A stretch of DNA of 64,000 nt from the human T2T-CHM13v2.0 reference genome, Homo sapiens: the NCBI RefSeq assembly GCF_009914755.1, contig NC_060933.1. The stretch is one strand, 5' to 3'. The first letter of the stretch is position 1. Every line of letters starts with the position of its first letter. Made by a program: the position numbers and the translations under genes. Below are positions 30,613 through 46,489 of this stretch, piece by piece. Under the pieces are notes generated by a model. The model saw only the letters and a program-made list of their open reading frames with translations, had not been told where the DNA came from and did no database searches.

Positions 30613-30937
30613 ACTTTATTTCTGAACAGTGTCTGAAATAGCAGAGTGATGTGATCCATTAACTTTTTTAAGATCACTTGGGCTGCTGTGTGGGGAAAGG
30701 GCAAGAGTGGAAGCAGATTAGTCAGCAGGTTATTACTAATATATATTTCCTATTCCTTAAAATCTCTACAGATCCTAAAATATTATACAGGTAGGCTTTT
30801 TAAAAAATGGAATTAGAGTCAGAAATGAATTAGCAACAACCAATCAATCATTACTTACACAGAAAGGGCACGAGTACTCTGAGTCATTTTTAACGGCATC
30901 TCTGACGTGCTCAAATGAAAACATTAAAATTTAAGTG

Positions 30938-31378
30938 CAGCTGACCTTTGAACAACATCAGGTCTATTTGTACACAGATTTTCTTCCACCTCTGCCACCC
31001 CTTTGAGACAGCAAGACAACCCCTCCTCTTTCTCCTTAACCTACTCAACATGAAGATGACAAGGATAACCTGTGTGATGACCCACTTCCACTTGATAGTA
31101 AATGTATTTTCTCTTCCTTATGATTTTCTTAGTAACATTTTCTTTTCTTTAGCTTACTTTACTGTAAGAATAAAGCATATAATACATATAACATACAAAA
31201 TGTTTGTTACTCAACCCTTTATGTTACCAGTGAGGCCTCCAGTCAACAGTAGACTATTAGTAGTTCAGTTTTTGAGAAGTCAAGTTATAGGAGGATTTTC
31301 AACTGTGAGGGGTGGGAGCAGGGGTGCAGGTGGAGGTGTCATCTCTCCTAACCTCTCATGTTGCTCAAGGGTCAACTA
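30938..31378 (+). mobile_element. Tigger2a-like MITE
   Basis: TIRs CAGCTGACCTTTGAACAAC / GTTGCTCAAGGGTCAACT. Confidence 0.8.
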
Positions 31379-31626
31379 TAAGAAAAGAAGGGCCTCAAAT
31401 CAGTTATCTAAACTTCCACCTTAGGAAGCTAGAAATAAGAGTAAATTAAACCCGAGGCAAACAGAGAGAAGAAAATAATGAAGAAATCAATGAATAGAAA
31501 GAAAAGCAAAATAAAGGAAACCAAAAGCCACTTATTTGAAAAGATAAACAAAAGTGACTAATGTTTTGCTAGTATTTAAGAAAAAAGACACAATGTATCA
31601 ATATCAAAAATAAATAATCAGACATC

Positions 31627-31892
31627 GGCCAGGCACAGTGGCTCACACCTATAATCCCAACACTTTGGGAGGCTGAGGCAGGCGGCCTTGAGGCCAGGAG
31701 TCCGAGACCAGCCTGGCCAACATGGTGAAACCCCATCTCTACTAAAAATACAAAAATTAGCCAGGTGTGGTGGTGCATGCCTGTAATCCCAGCTACTCGG
31801 GAGGCGGAGGTTGCAGTGAGCTGAGATTACACTGCTGCACTCCAGCCTGGGTGACAGAGCAAGACCCTGTCTCAAAATAAATAAATAAATAA
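31627..31892 (+). mobile_element. AluS with an internal right-arm deletion
   Basis: CTACTCGGGAGGCGGAGG junction; (TAAA)n tail. Confidence 0.88.
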
Positions 31893-32048
31893 TCAATCAG
31901 ATATCATTATAGATTCAATGTAGTAAAAGGATAAGGAATAATATGAACAATTTTATGGCAATTAACTTGAAAACTTAGATAAAACACAAATTACCAAAAC
32001 TCACTCAACTTAAAAGACACAAATTACCAAAACTCACTCAAAAAGAAA

Positions 32049-32681
32049 TGTAAACCAAAAATAAAATTCTGAGTTCGCCAACTGACTGATGGACCCTCCC
32101 CTCCACCAAGGGCAATCCAAAGCTAACCTGAGAAACTAGTTCAGGCCATGATGGAAAGTGGGAGTGGGAGTAGGACATTCTTCATTATACTCTCCTCCCG
32201 TTGGAATTCAGGCACAGATGACCAGCATTAACATCAACACAGGACCTGAAGACTGACAGAACAGGCCCTTTAAGTCTGACAAGAAACATTTACAATCTAT
32301 TTTCTCTGAAGCTTCCCACCTGAAGGCTTCATTTGCATAATAAGAACCTTGGTCTCCACAACTAAGACACTGCCTTTCACTGATTCCAGGTCTTTAGATA
32401 AATTCTTTCAACCAATTGCCAATCAGAACATCACTGAATCTACCTATAACCTGGAAGGCCCCCTATCCCTCACTGCTTCCAGTTGTCCCACCTGTCCAGA
32501 CTGAACCAACGTACATCTTACATGTATTGATTGATGTCTTATGTCTCCCTAAAATGTATAAAACCAAGCTGTAGACTGAACACCTTGGGCACACATTCTC
32601 ATGATCTCCTGGGGCTGGTCACTCATATTTGGCTCAGAATAAATCTCTTCGAATATGTTACAGAATTTGACTTTTCAAACA
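32049..32681 (+). mobile_element. MER4-family ERV1 solo LTR
   Basis: TGTAAACCAAAAATAAAATTCT start; CCCTAAAATGTATAAAACCAAGCTGT; GGCTCAGAATAAATCTCTTC. Confidence 0.8.
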
Positions 32682-33693
32682 GAAGAAACTCAAGTAGCCC
32701 TGTATTTATTAAAGATATCAAATTCATAGTTACAAATCTTCCCACAAAGAAACTTCCTAGACCAAATGACTTCGTTGGTGAATTTTACCAAACAATTAAG
32801 TAAGAAATAATAACAACTATGCAAACTTGTTCAGGGAAATAGAAGGAAGGAACATTTCCCAATTCATTTTATGAGACCAGCACTATCCTGATACCAGAAC
32901 TACAGACCTTACAATAAAAGAAGGCAAACCAATTTCCCTTATGAAAAGTTATAAAATCCTAAAAAACTTAAGCAAATCAAATCCAGCAGTATATAAAAAG
33001 GATTAATGATCGAGAGGTCTGTTCCAGGAATACACAATTGTTAATAATTGATAATCAATCAATCATTCACCATATTGACAGGCTGAAAAATAATATGAGA
33101 ATCTTAATAGATGCCAAAAAGAGATTTGACAAAATTCAATACATGTTCATGAAAAAAAAAAAATGCCTCAGCAAACTACAAATAAAAAGAAACTTTTCAC
33201 CCTGATGAACTGCATCTGTGAAAAAACTACAGCTAACATCATACTTAGTAGTAAAAGACTGGATGCCTTCCCCATAAGATTGAGAAAAGACAAAGACGAA
33301 CACTCACACTGCTTTTAGTCAACTCTATAATGAAAATGTAATGGATATATAAAAAAAAATAAAAGGTGAACAGATAGGAAAGGAAGAAGTAAAACTATCT
33401 TTATTCACAAATGACTTGACTACCTTTGTAGAAAACCCCAGAGTATCTACAAAAAAGAGTCCTAGAAGTAAAAAGTGCATTTAACAAGGTTGCAGGATAC
33501 AAAGACAATATACAAAAATCAATATACTAGCAATATACTAGTAATAAAAAATTGGGAGTAAAATTAAGAAGAAATGCCACTTACAGTAACATCAAAATAT
33601 ATGAAAAACTTAGAAATAAATTTAACCAAACATGTCTAAGACCTGAACATGGTAACAGACAGTGCGGTATTGGCATTAAAAATACCCAGAGAA

Positions 33694-34703
<1,010 letters not shown>

Positions 34704-34709
34704 CCCATT

Positions 34710-35815
<1,106 letters not shown>

Positions 35816-35990
35816 ACATATATAAAAATTAACTCAGAATACTTCAGAGTCCTAAATATAAGATATAAAAACTACAAAAGTATTAGAAAACAGGAGAAAA
35901 TCTTTCTGACTGTGGGGTAAAACAAAATTTCTAAAATTCACAAAAAGGTACAAACCATAAAAGGAAAAAAAAATGATAAATCAGTCTTCA

Positions 35991-36086
35991 TACATGTATA
36001 CATACGTAACAAACCTGCACATTGTGCACACGTACCCTAGAACTTAAAGTATAATAAAAAAAAGAAACAATATGTAAATTTTTAAA
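35991..36086 (+). mobile_element. Extremely 5'-truncated L1PA 3' end
   Basis: TAACAAACCTGCACATTGTGCACACGTACCCTAGAACTTAAAGTATAATAAAA; exact 13-bp TSD AAATCAGTCTTCA. Confidence 0.9.
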
Positions 36087-37766
36087 AAATCAGTCTTCAC
36101 ATAAAAAACTTTTGTTCTTCAAAACAAATTATAAGGCAGAAAAATGACAGGCCATTTAGTGGAAGAAAACTTACCAAGTATAACAGATAAAAGTCTTGTA
36201 TCAAGAATATAAAAAAAAACAAAAAAAAAACCTTACAACTCAATGAGATGAGATTCTAAGAAAAACATTGGGAAAAAATTCAAATAAACAAGTCATCAAA
36301 ACAGATATACAGGTGACACATATGAAATGTAAACTAAAACTACAATGAAATATGACTTTGTATCCATTAGGATGCCTACAATTTTTAAACCTCATATTAT
36401 CAAGTGTTGGTAAGCATGTGGAACGCCTGAAACTCTCATCCGTTGCTAGTGGGAATGCAAAATGATACCGAAAACAGTTGGCAGTTTCTTACAAAACTAA
36501 ACACACAGGATAAAACCAGTAATTCTACTTCTGACTATTTACCTGAGAGAAATAAAATTATGCATTGCCAAAAAGGTGTGTGTGAATGGTCACAGAAGTG
36601 ATGCATAAAAGCCAAACGATGGAAAAACCCAAATGACCATCACCTAATGAATAAACAAACCGTGAAACAGTCATACAATAAATACTATTCTCAGCAATAA
36701 AATAAAATACATGCCAATAAAATGAAACTAGTGAAACATGAATATGGATGAAGCTCAAACCATTATGTTAAATGAAAGAGGTCAGACACAAAAGACTACC
36801 CATAGTATGAGTCAATTTATTTTAAAATTACAGAAGATGCTAAACTAGGAGCAGCAAGGAGATTAGTACTTTCAGAGATCAGGGCAAGGGAAGGGGCTTG
36901 ACTGCAAATGGACACAAGAAAACTTTTTAAGTAACGAATATGTTCTGTATCATGATTCTGATCATGGTTTAAATACCTGTCAAAATTCATCAATTATACA
37001 TTTTAAATTGGTAAACTTTATTCCAAGTAATTCATACCTAAATAAAACATTTTTTATTCCAACAAACAATATATGACAACAACAAAAAAACAAAACCCTA
37101 TATAGCTAAACTAATACAAACTTGTTAAACTACTACAAATTTGTGGTATCTATCCCTTCACGTTACTTATCAAACTCTCTGAAGGACTAACAGTTAAATA
37201 CATAAATATGACAATCTAAGATTCTGAAACAACAACGGCCAGGTTACTTCATAGTCCAACGTGCCCACACATCTATCCAGATCATGACATTTTTATCCAT
37301 ATGAACAGCACACAACATTCAATAATGCATGTTGACAATTTTAGTGACAAGTCACTCTTTAGTCATAACATAATTTACTAGAATTCAAAAGCAGAAGCAA
37401 AACTACCTTTACTTTTTTATAAAACCCACACTGGTGTAATTCAGTGAAACAATTTAGGGTTCTACATATAGCAATCAATTACCAAGAATTGTTTATCATA
37501 TATCTTAGGAAATTTCAAAAGAAAAAATCCTCATTCTCAGTAATTTCTCACAAAATTTCATTTCAAAAATGTTCTGGTAAAAACAATGCATGTGCACTTT
37601 GTTACTTTGAATTAGAAAAGTAAAAGAACAAAAATAAACAGATGACGGTGATTTCACATTTACATCCAACGCAGCAGCCCAATCAGACTTCTTTAGAATT
37701 TTGTGATTGGCAAATATTAAAATTTTAACTACATAAACATTTTGAAATAGCAGAATTGTTTTGACT

Positions 37767-37874
37767 TGTGTGTGTGTGTATGTGTGTGTGGGTGTGTGTA
37801 TGTAAGGCAGAGAGACAGACACACACACACACACACACACAGAGAGAAGAGAGAGGGAGAGGGAGAGAGAGAGA
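37767..37874. repeat. Compound microsatellite (TG)n-(CA)n-(GA)n
   Basis: Directly visible. Confidence 0.95.
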
Positions 37875-38567
37875 AGGTAAACTAAAAGTGATTAAACAGT
37901 TTTTAGAATATGTAAGGAGGCAGCACACATTCAGTCCAATCTCACATAATCCATGTAGCCAATGCTTCACAAGAAGCTTTGACTAACAAAATTATTTTTC
38001 TTAGTATTCTAAGAGAAGTACAGGCAAGCCATGAACCCAGAAGTGGTGTTCTAATCTACAAGAAAGAATACACAACAGTGATTCCCAACCTGAAGGGTAT
38101 GACTGTGATCACACATTTACATCCAATGTAGCCGGCCAACCAGAAAGACTTTTCCAGAATGTCACGATCAACAATATATTAAAATTTGGGGTATAGCACA
38201 CCATGTGAAAACACATTATGTATGGGAAACACTGTCTGTATCTGTGACAACTATGACATATTTTTATCTGTATTTACATATTACTGTGGTTAATAGAAAC
38301 ATCCATTTTAATACATTACTGTAACAATGACATTTTGACATTACACACCTTCTCAATGTAGGGCCACTAAAATGTCTAAGTGTATAAAATTTTAAGAACT
38401 TTAAAGAGACACCTCATATTCCTTCTAGGTTCTAGATTAGAAACCACAGTCTAAGAGAAAACTCTGTCCTAACTGTCAAGAGAAGTAGTTTCAGCTAAGC
38501 CACCACCTTTAACCAGGTCTTTCACTTCACAGGGATTCTATAAAATTAAAGGGTCTGAATTATTCTA

Positions 38568-38917
<350 letters not shown>

Positions 38918-39108
38918 GTTGTAACAACAATTTAGGAACTCAGTTAATATCCCAATTTTAGTTTCCAAAAAAAGAAAAATACACTAATATACTTTGTATT
39001 TTTCAAAATTATTTACTTTGCATATATTTGCTTAATATAATTTGTTAATATAACGAAGTTATTTCAGAAAGTTTGAAGACAGAAAAAATATCACCTTTAA
39101 TCCATGAT

Positions 39109-39402
39109 CTTTTTTTTTTCATTTTTTCAAACAGGGTCTCGCTCTGTCACCCAGGCTGAAATGCAGTGGCACAATCACGGCTCGCAGCTTTGATCTTCCA
39201 AGCTCATGCGACTCTCCCACCTAAGCCTCCTGAGTAGCTAGGACTACAGGCACGCACCACCATGCCTGGCTAATTTTAGTATATTTTTGGAGAGACAGGG
39301 TTTTGCCATGTTGCCCAGGCTGGTCTTGAACTCCTAGGCTCAAGCCAACTGCCTACCTCGGCCTCCCAAAGTGCTGGGACTACAGGTGTGAGCCACCTGG
39401 CC
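39109..39402 (-). mobile_element. AluJ
   Basis: Reverse Alu, TSD CCATGA. Confidence 0.88.
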
Positions 39403-39599
39403 CATGAACTTATTGGCACAGACATAGTTTACACAGCTACAGTAATAATGGCCATAACATTTTATATACAACTCTCTCTATGCTTGTAACAGGTTATTTT
39501 CCACACTCCATGTATATCACTTTATAAGTATCGTATTTATATGTCTTTATATGTATGACTTTAAATATCTACTTAACATTCTAATGAGCGCATCGGTAT

Positions 39600-40498
39600 A
39601 TAATAAGTCACTTAAAGAGAACATCCTGGTAGAGTCCTTAGAAAATTTCATCCTTGTATAAACATCATTGAGTATATATACACAAACCTAGATGGTATAG
39701 GCCAGGGGTCCCCAACCCGAGTTGATGAATGGTACTGGTCTGTGGCCTGTTAGGAACCGGTGACACAGCAGGAGGTGAGCACAGGCAAGGGAGCATTACT
39801 GCTTGAGCTCTGCCTCCTGTCAGATCAGCAGCCGCATTAGATTCTCATAGGAGCACAAACCCTACCGTGAACTACGCATGCGAGGGATCTAGGTTGCACG
39901 CTCCTTATGAGAATCAGGCCAAGGTGGCCTGATGATCTGAGATGGAACAGTTTCACCCTGAAACCATCCCCTACATAAATAGGATATATGGTATAACATA
40001 TTTCTCTTAGGCTACAAACCTGTACAGTGACTGTATTGAATGCTGTAGGTAACTGTAACACAATGCTAAGTATTTATATGTACCTAAACAGAAAACGTAC
40101 AGTAAAAATACAGTATTATAATCTTATGAGGCTGGGCACAGTGGCTCACCCATGTAATCTCAGCACTTTGGGAGGCCTAGGCAGGTGGATCACCTGAGGT
40201 CAGGAGTTCAAGACCAGCCTGGGCAACATGGTAAAAACCCCATCTCTACTAAAATTACAAAATTTAGCTGGGCATGGTGGCACACACCTGTATCCCAGCT
40301 ACTCAGGAGACTGAGGCACGAGAATCGCTTGAACACTGGAGGCGGAAGTTGCAGTGAGACAAGATCACACCATTGCACTCCTGCATGGGTGACAGGGAGA
40401 CCCCGTCTCAAAAAAATAAAAACAAATAATCTTATGGGACCAGCATTGTATAATGCAGGCTACTGTTAACCAAAATGTTGTTATGGAGCACATGACTG
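39600..40498 (+). mobile_element. Tigger3/MER7-like element with a nested truncated MER1B (about 39703-39970) and AluS (40129-40425)
   Basis: CACAAACCTAGATGGTATAG...TAGGCTACAAACCTGTACAG...CACATGACTG|TA; Alu TSD ATAATCTTATG. Confidence 0.75.
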
Positions 40499-41227
40499 TA
40501 TTTGTGTATATATATACATATATATAAAATAAAGTAAAATACTAGGACAAAAATAATAATTATTTATATTAGGGGATGAATAAAGTAGAGGAAGTAGGGT
40601 TAGAGAGAGTTCTCTCTGTATACATTTTCATACATTTTGACCTACCATGCTACTTTTTTAAACTAAAAATTGATTAAAAAACTTAAAATGTAAGTGAAGT
40701 ACTTAATAATGCTAAATAATAGATTTCTGAGAAGTCAGAAATCACTTGGCCCAACCTCCAATGCAATGTAGGAATCTCTTTAATGTTTATCTGTTTTCCT
40801 AGCATTTTAGAAAAAAGATGTAGCCAAATTTACTATCAGTAAATAGGAGAGTGGTATGAGACAATTCAGAGAAGCTGCTTATTATATCCCAACCATTCCT
40901 GAAAAAAATCAGTGAATTAAAGCACAGTTTAAAGGCTGATTAATTCCAGCAAATAAATGCTGAGTCCCTGTTGTTTGCTGTGTTCTGAGAATGTAAAAGA
41001 TGATTCTCAAAGAATAAGAGGAGTTCCTATGCTCAAGAAATTTGAGGCAAGACCATTTGCTAAGCTTTAAATATTTAGAAATGAGCAAGGTATCACTGGA
41101 ATACAGTATTAATATATACAGAGAAACCTTTGTGGGAGAAGAAAAAGAAGAGGGAAAATGATGACTTTCAAGGGATGGAGAAGAGGCTAAAAGGATAATC
41201 AATAAACGGTACACTGTGTTTTTGAGG

Positions 41228-41520
41228 TTTCTTTTTTTTTTGAGCCGGAGTCTCACACTGTCACCCGGGCTGGAATGAGGTGGCGTCATCTCGGCTCACT
41301 GCAACCTCTGCCTCCCAGGTTCAAGCAATTATCCTGCCTCGGCCTCCTGAGTAGCTGGGATTACAGGCACCTACTACCACGCCCAGAAAATTTTTTGTAT
41401 TTTTAGTAGAGACAGGGTTTCACTATGTTGGCCAGGCTGGTCTCGAATTCTTGACCTTGTGATCCACCCACCTCGACTTCCAAAGTGCTGGAATTACAGG
41501 CATGAGCCACCGCGCCCAGC
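41228..41520 (-). mobile_element. AluSc/Sg-like
   Basis: Reverse Alu, TSD GAGGTTTCTTTT. Confidence 0.9.
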
Positions 41521-41730
41521 AGAGGTTTCTTTTAATATTACTACTTTGGAGTACAAATTAAAGCTTTAATTATGTGAAAGACCACATTCCTCAACAATAA
41601 CTGATAAATGTGGCCTGATTAAGATGTTTATACTAATATAGGCTGTAAGTTTAAATATTCTTTAAATAATGTAAAGAGATTTTATTTACCTATAATTTTA
41701 TTTCATATGTACATGTTAAAAGACAGACCT

Positions 41731-41983
41731 CTTTGGGAGGCCGAGGTGAGCGGATCACGAGGTCAGGAGATCGAGACCATCCTGGCTAATACAGTGAAAC
41801 CCTGTCTCTACTAAAAATATAAAAATTAGCCGGGCTTGGTGGCGGGCGCCTGTAGTTCCAGCTACTCGGGAGGCTGAGGCAGGAGAATGGGGTGAACCCA
41901 GGAGCCGAGATCGTGCCACTGCACTCCAGCCTGGGTGACAGAGCAAGACTCCGTCTCAAAAAAAAAAAAAAAAAAAAAAAAAA
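41731..41983 (+). mobile_element. AluY, 5'-truncated with an internal deletion
   Basis: TSD AAAAGACAGACCT; begins at CTTTGGGAGG; long A tail. Confidence 0.9.
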
Positions 41984-42030
41984 GACAGACCTACTGGTCA
42001 GCTTATAAATGTAAATACATGTAAAAAAGA

Positions 42031-42320
<290 letters not shown>

Positions 42321-43350
42321 AAAGGAAAACCTTTCGGAGAAATCTGAAAGAACAGTTCCATCATATACACTGAATTACTAAAAGAGAATGATATGCCCCA
42401 ATTTTTCTATAATTAAGACACTGACTTTTGTTGACAAAATACAGTCACAAATCTTGAGTTAAAAGATTATCCTGATTGTACGAAAGTTTAAAAGCACATA
42501 AAGCAAAGTAAATAGATTAAATTAACTTGTTAAAAAGTACTCAAGGCTAACATGTTATTCTAATAAACAGCATGTGGTATATTATTTGAGGACATTTTGC
42601 ATGTCCTCAAAAAGGCAATCTGTAACAGACATCCACAAACTGTGCTAAAGCATTAAAGCTTTTTTCAAAGTATATTCCTAATGCAGAAATCTAGAACAAA
42701 TGGGCTGCAAAAGAATATGTAAAATAAAAAGAATTCCACCAGTAACTATAGTGCAATAATTATAAAACCTACTGCCAACAGAAAAACAATGCCGGGATGA
42801 CCACTAACACTTATTTTTAAAATGTTAATCTGTCTTCACAACATTGATATCACTCCTCAAAAATTCATATAATTGGGCCTTCTTTAAAAACCCTAAAGCT
42901 ACTCTGTATCTTCCCAATAAGCCATCCAATGACCTTTAGAGAACCTCTCAACCATCAGTCATGTGTTATACTCCTTTACCTCAAGATCATATTCACCTGG
43001 TGAATATGATCTAGACATAAGAATCCTAATTCTCTTGATATAAGTCTTTCACATTGTTTAAAAAAACAAAGAACTCAAAATATACATAAAACCCTTATAA
43101 GCACTCCTACTAAGCAGACAGTATTACTCACATTTGACAAATGTGAAAACAGAAATCTGTACTGCATAACACCATAACCCTAGCAGCTGGGAGTAATAAA
43201 CCTACACTCTTTGGTTACTCAACTGGAATTAAAACTAATTCTTTTCGGTATCCTACATTTTAAGAAATGTATTAAGGAGGCAATAAAACCTTATCAAAAG
43301 CCAAAATACACTGCATATTTCTAAATATCACACTATTCTGCAATATTTTA

Positions 43351-43701
<351 letters not shown>

Positions 43702-44014
43702 GAATGAAACTAAAGAATATTGGCCACAATTAAGACACAACAAACAACATTGTACTACATGTACTACAGGTACTACAAACAAGTATTTTAATGGCTCAAA
43801 GATTTTTTTTCAACTTCCAAAACAATCTAAATGTTGCAAAAGCTTCTTTCTAATGCTGACAGACTAAGCATGTTTTTTTCTTGTGAATCAGTAAAACACA
43901 GACAAAGAGGAGTTGTTGGTAATGGGGTTCAAACCAAAGAACATTCTAATGGAAAACAGATTACTATTGAGGAAAAATCAGACTACAGTTTAATTTCATA
44001 ATACAACATATTTA

Positions 44015-44107
<93 letters not shown>

Positions 44108-44224
44108 CTAAACAGAAATAGGAAGCATAGGAGGAAAAAGAGAAAAAAAAAACAAAACATTTTTACATTGATGACAATAATATATCTTAATATTAGAAGC
44201 AAACAGTTTAATCTTTACACTCAC

Positions 44225-44292
44225 CATTTTTATAAGATTTTTACTGAGTGAATTTTTGCCATAAGCTCTGTTTATTCCAAGCACCACAATTC
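44225..44292 (-). CDS. AUH: AUH coding exon 2 (68 nt)
   Basis: Acceptor ttttcccctttaactag|GA; encodes (G)[22 protein letters not shown]; donor ATG|GTGAGT; phase 1 to 0 joins exon 1. Confidence 0.97.
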
Positions 44293-45668
44293 CTAGTTAA
44301 AGGGGAAAAAAAGTACAAGCACTTGAGTGAGCAAGGCATTCAGAGAACAGACTCTACATCACACATCTAGCTAGCTTCGAACTTAACAAATCAAAGAAAT
44401 TCATGACATCACGTTCCCTTCAATCGATCTCTTCTTAAGCACCAAGATAATTTGCAACATTTTGGTAAATTTTACATCACTAACTCAAACTAGAGGGAAG
44501 ACTAGACTTATTAGTGAAAATTTTAAGTTAAAGGATACTATTTAAAATGTGGTTTCATCATCTTCAAGTAGATACCAAAGTAACCGCTAATAAACCTTGT
44601 CACATGCAGGTATTATAGCATCTGCTTTTTCTAGGACCAGTTGTTAATATCTCCATTTTTTTGTTGTTCATACTACACAGTTTTCAGTAATTCTATCCCA
44701 AGCTTCTCTCCTGATTTCTGTCTGATATACTTAACCTGAGGGCACTTCCATTTAGATGTCCAAGAAGTACTTCCAACTCAACCTATACAAAACAAAGTTC
44801 ATTATCTCTCCCACAAACCCAGCTGTCACTCCTAACTGCCCCACTTTTTAATCAAAGACCATCACCTAAACCCAGCCTCCCATTCCTTCCAGTTACCAAT
44901 TTTCTAAAAACAGTACTATGCATAGAATGCATCCCCTACTTAAAATCCTTTCATTATTTATTTCAAAATATCCAACTTCAAAGATCCTAATTTGATATTC
45001 AAAGTTCTACACAACCTCTACTAACCTTCTTGTTCTTGGAGTAGACAAATTTTCACAGTGTATCAGAAATACCTTCCACTGAGTCAGGGTGGGTATGTTT
45101 CTTATTTGCAACTGAGCTAAACTGAAGACAACAAAATGTACACATGCCTTCGCTGTGCAAGAAACTGTGCAGACCCATTCTTTAAAGTATAAAGATGAAC
45201 TTCTGCTCACAAGAGTAAATTTGCAAGAATTCCAAATGCTCTCAGTACAGAGAAAAGCATAAAGGACTGCTATCTGACAGGATCTGTATTAAACAGCTGA
45301 ATGACTTTGGGTAGGTCCCAATACTACTGACAACAGCTACCACCAGTAGGCCTCAGGCACTGCTCCAGGTGCTTTAAGCGAATTAACTCATGTAATCCCC
45401 ACCACAACCCAAGAGGTGGGCACTACTTTTATCAATAGTTAACGGATAAAGAAATGGAGACTTGGAGAGGTGAAGTAACTTCCTTCAGCTATTAAGTGGT
45501 AATCTAACTCTATACTTGAATAAAACTGTGTTACACTGTTCAAGCTTCAGTTTCCTCAGGAAGAAAATCAAGCAGCTAAGACTAGATGTGTCCATTCATT
45601 CAAACATACTGAGTACGTACTATAGTGATCAGCAGCCATGGAACTAGAGTCTAGGAGGGAAATACAAA

Positions 45669-45717
45669 CATTAATAATCATAGAAATCATTAATAATCAT
45701 AAATATCATTAATAATC
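45669..45717. repeat. 19-bp tandem repeat, about 2.6 copies
   Basis: CATTAATAATCATAGAAAT / CATTAATAATCATAAATAT / CATTAATAATC. Confidence 0.85.
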
Positions 45718-46489
45718 CATTCAAACTGCTTTACAAGCTGTAAGTGGTGCTACAGTAACTTGTAACCAGAATTGATAATGGTCTGGGGCAAAAGGAGATG
45801 GTTAGGGAAAGCTTACCCCAGACAGTGAAGGTTAGAAGGATAAGTAGGAGTCAAGGTGAGAGTGAAGGAGAGGGGCTGACTGCCAGGCAGAGGAAACAGG
45901 AAAAGCATAAACTAGTCATGGTCCCACTGAATGTCCTGTAACCTACGAGGGGGAGAAGAGAGTGACCAATGAAAGTAAAGAGGTCAGCACAAGCCAGAAA
46001 TATCCTTACAGACCTTCTAAAAAGTCTGGTCTTCATCCTAATAACCATTGAAGGAGTTTACGTAGGTATAAACATATACACATGCACATATAAAACTGGC
46101 GGGGGAATAGTTTCTATACTTGGAGATCATACCAGAAGTAGACAGGGGTGGGAGCTTCAAGACACAATTCGAGTCCAATCAACAGATAACAGGTTTGGCT
46201 GAGATTGGTGGTGGTAAAAATAAAGGAAAGTGAAAGGATTCAAGAACTATTCAAAAATTTTAAATGAGTTAATGATGCCTAGACTGAGGACTGATTTAAC
46301 TGGAAGAAAGTGTTAAGGAGTATTTACCAGGTTTCTGGCTTCACCAATTGGATGAAAGATGACATTTAATGAGACAAAATCATAAAACTACCAAGGTGAG
46401 GGTGGAGGGGAGTAAAGCTCATGAGTTTCTGTTTTTAATTAAAGTGAATCTGAAGTGCCTTTCAGACATCCAAGTTGATACAACGTCCA

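Noticed and set aside
30948-31424. 158-aa ORF as a possible transposase
   Set aside because: Lies in a non-autonomous Tigger2a MITE; no DDE or HTH features.
44293-44310. CCCCTTTAACTAG before exon 2 resembling a U12 branch site
   Set aside because: The intron 1 donor is GTGAGG, not the U12 RTATCCTT, and the motif is too close to the AG; an ordinary U2-type intron.
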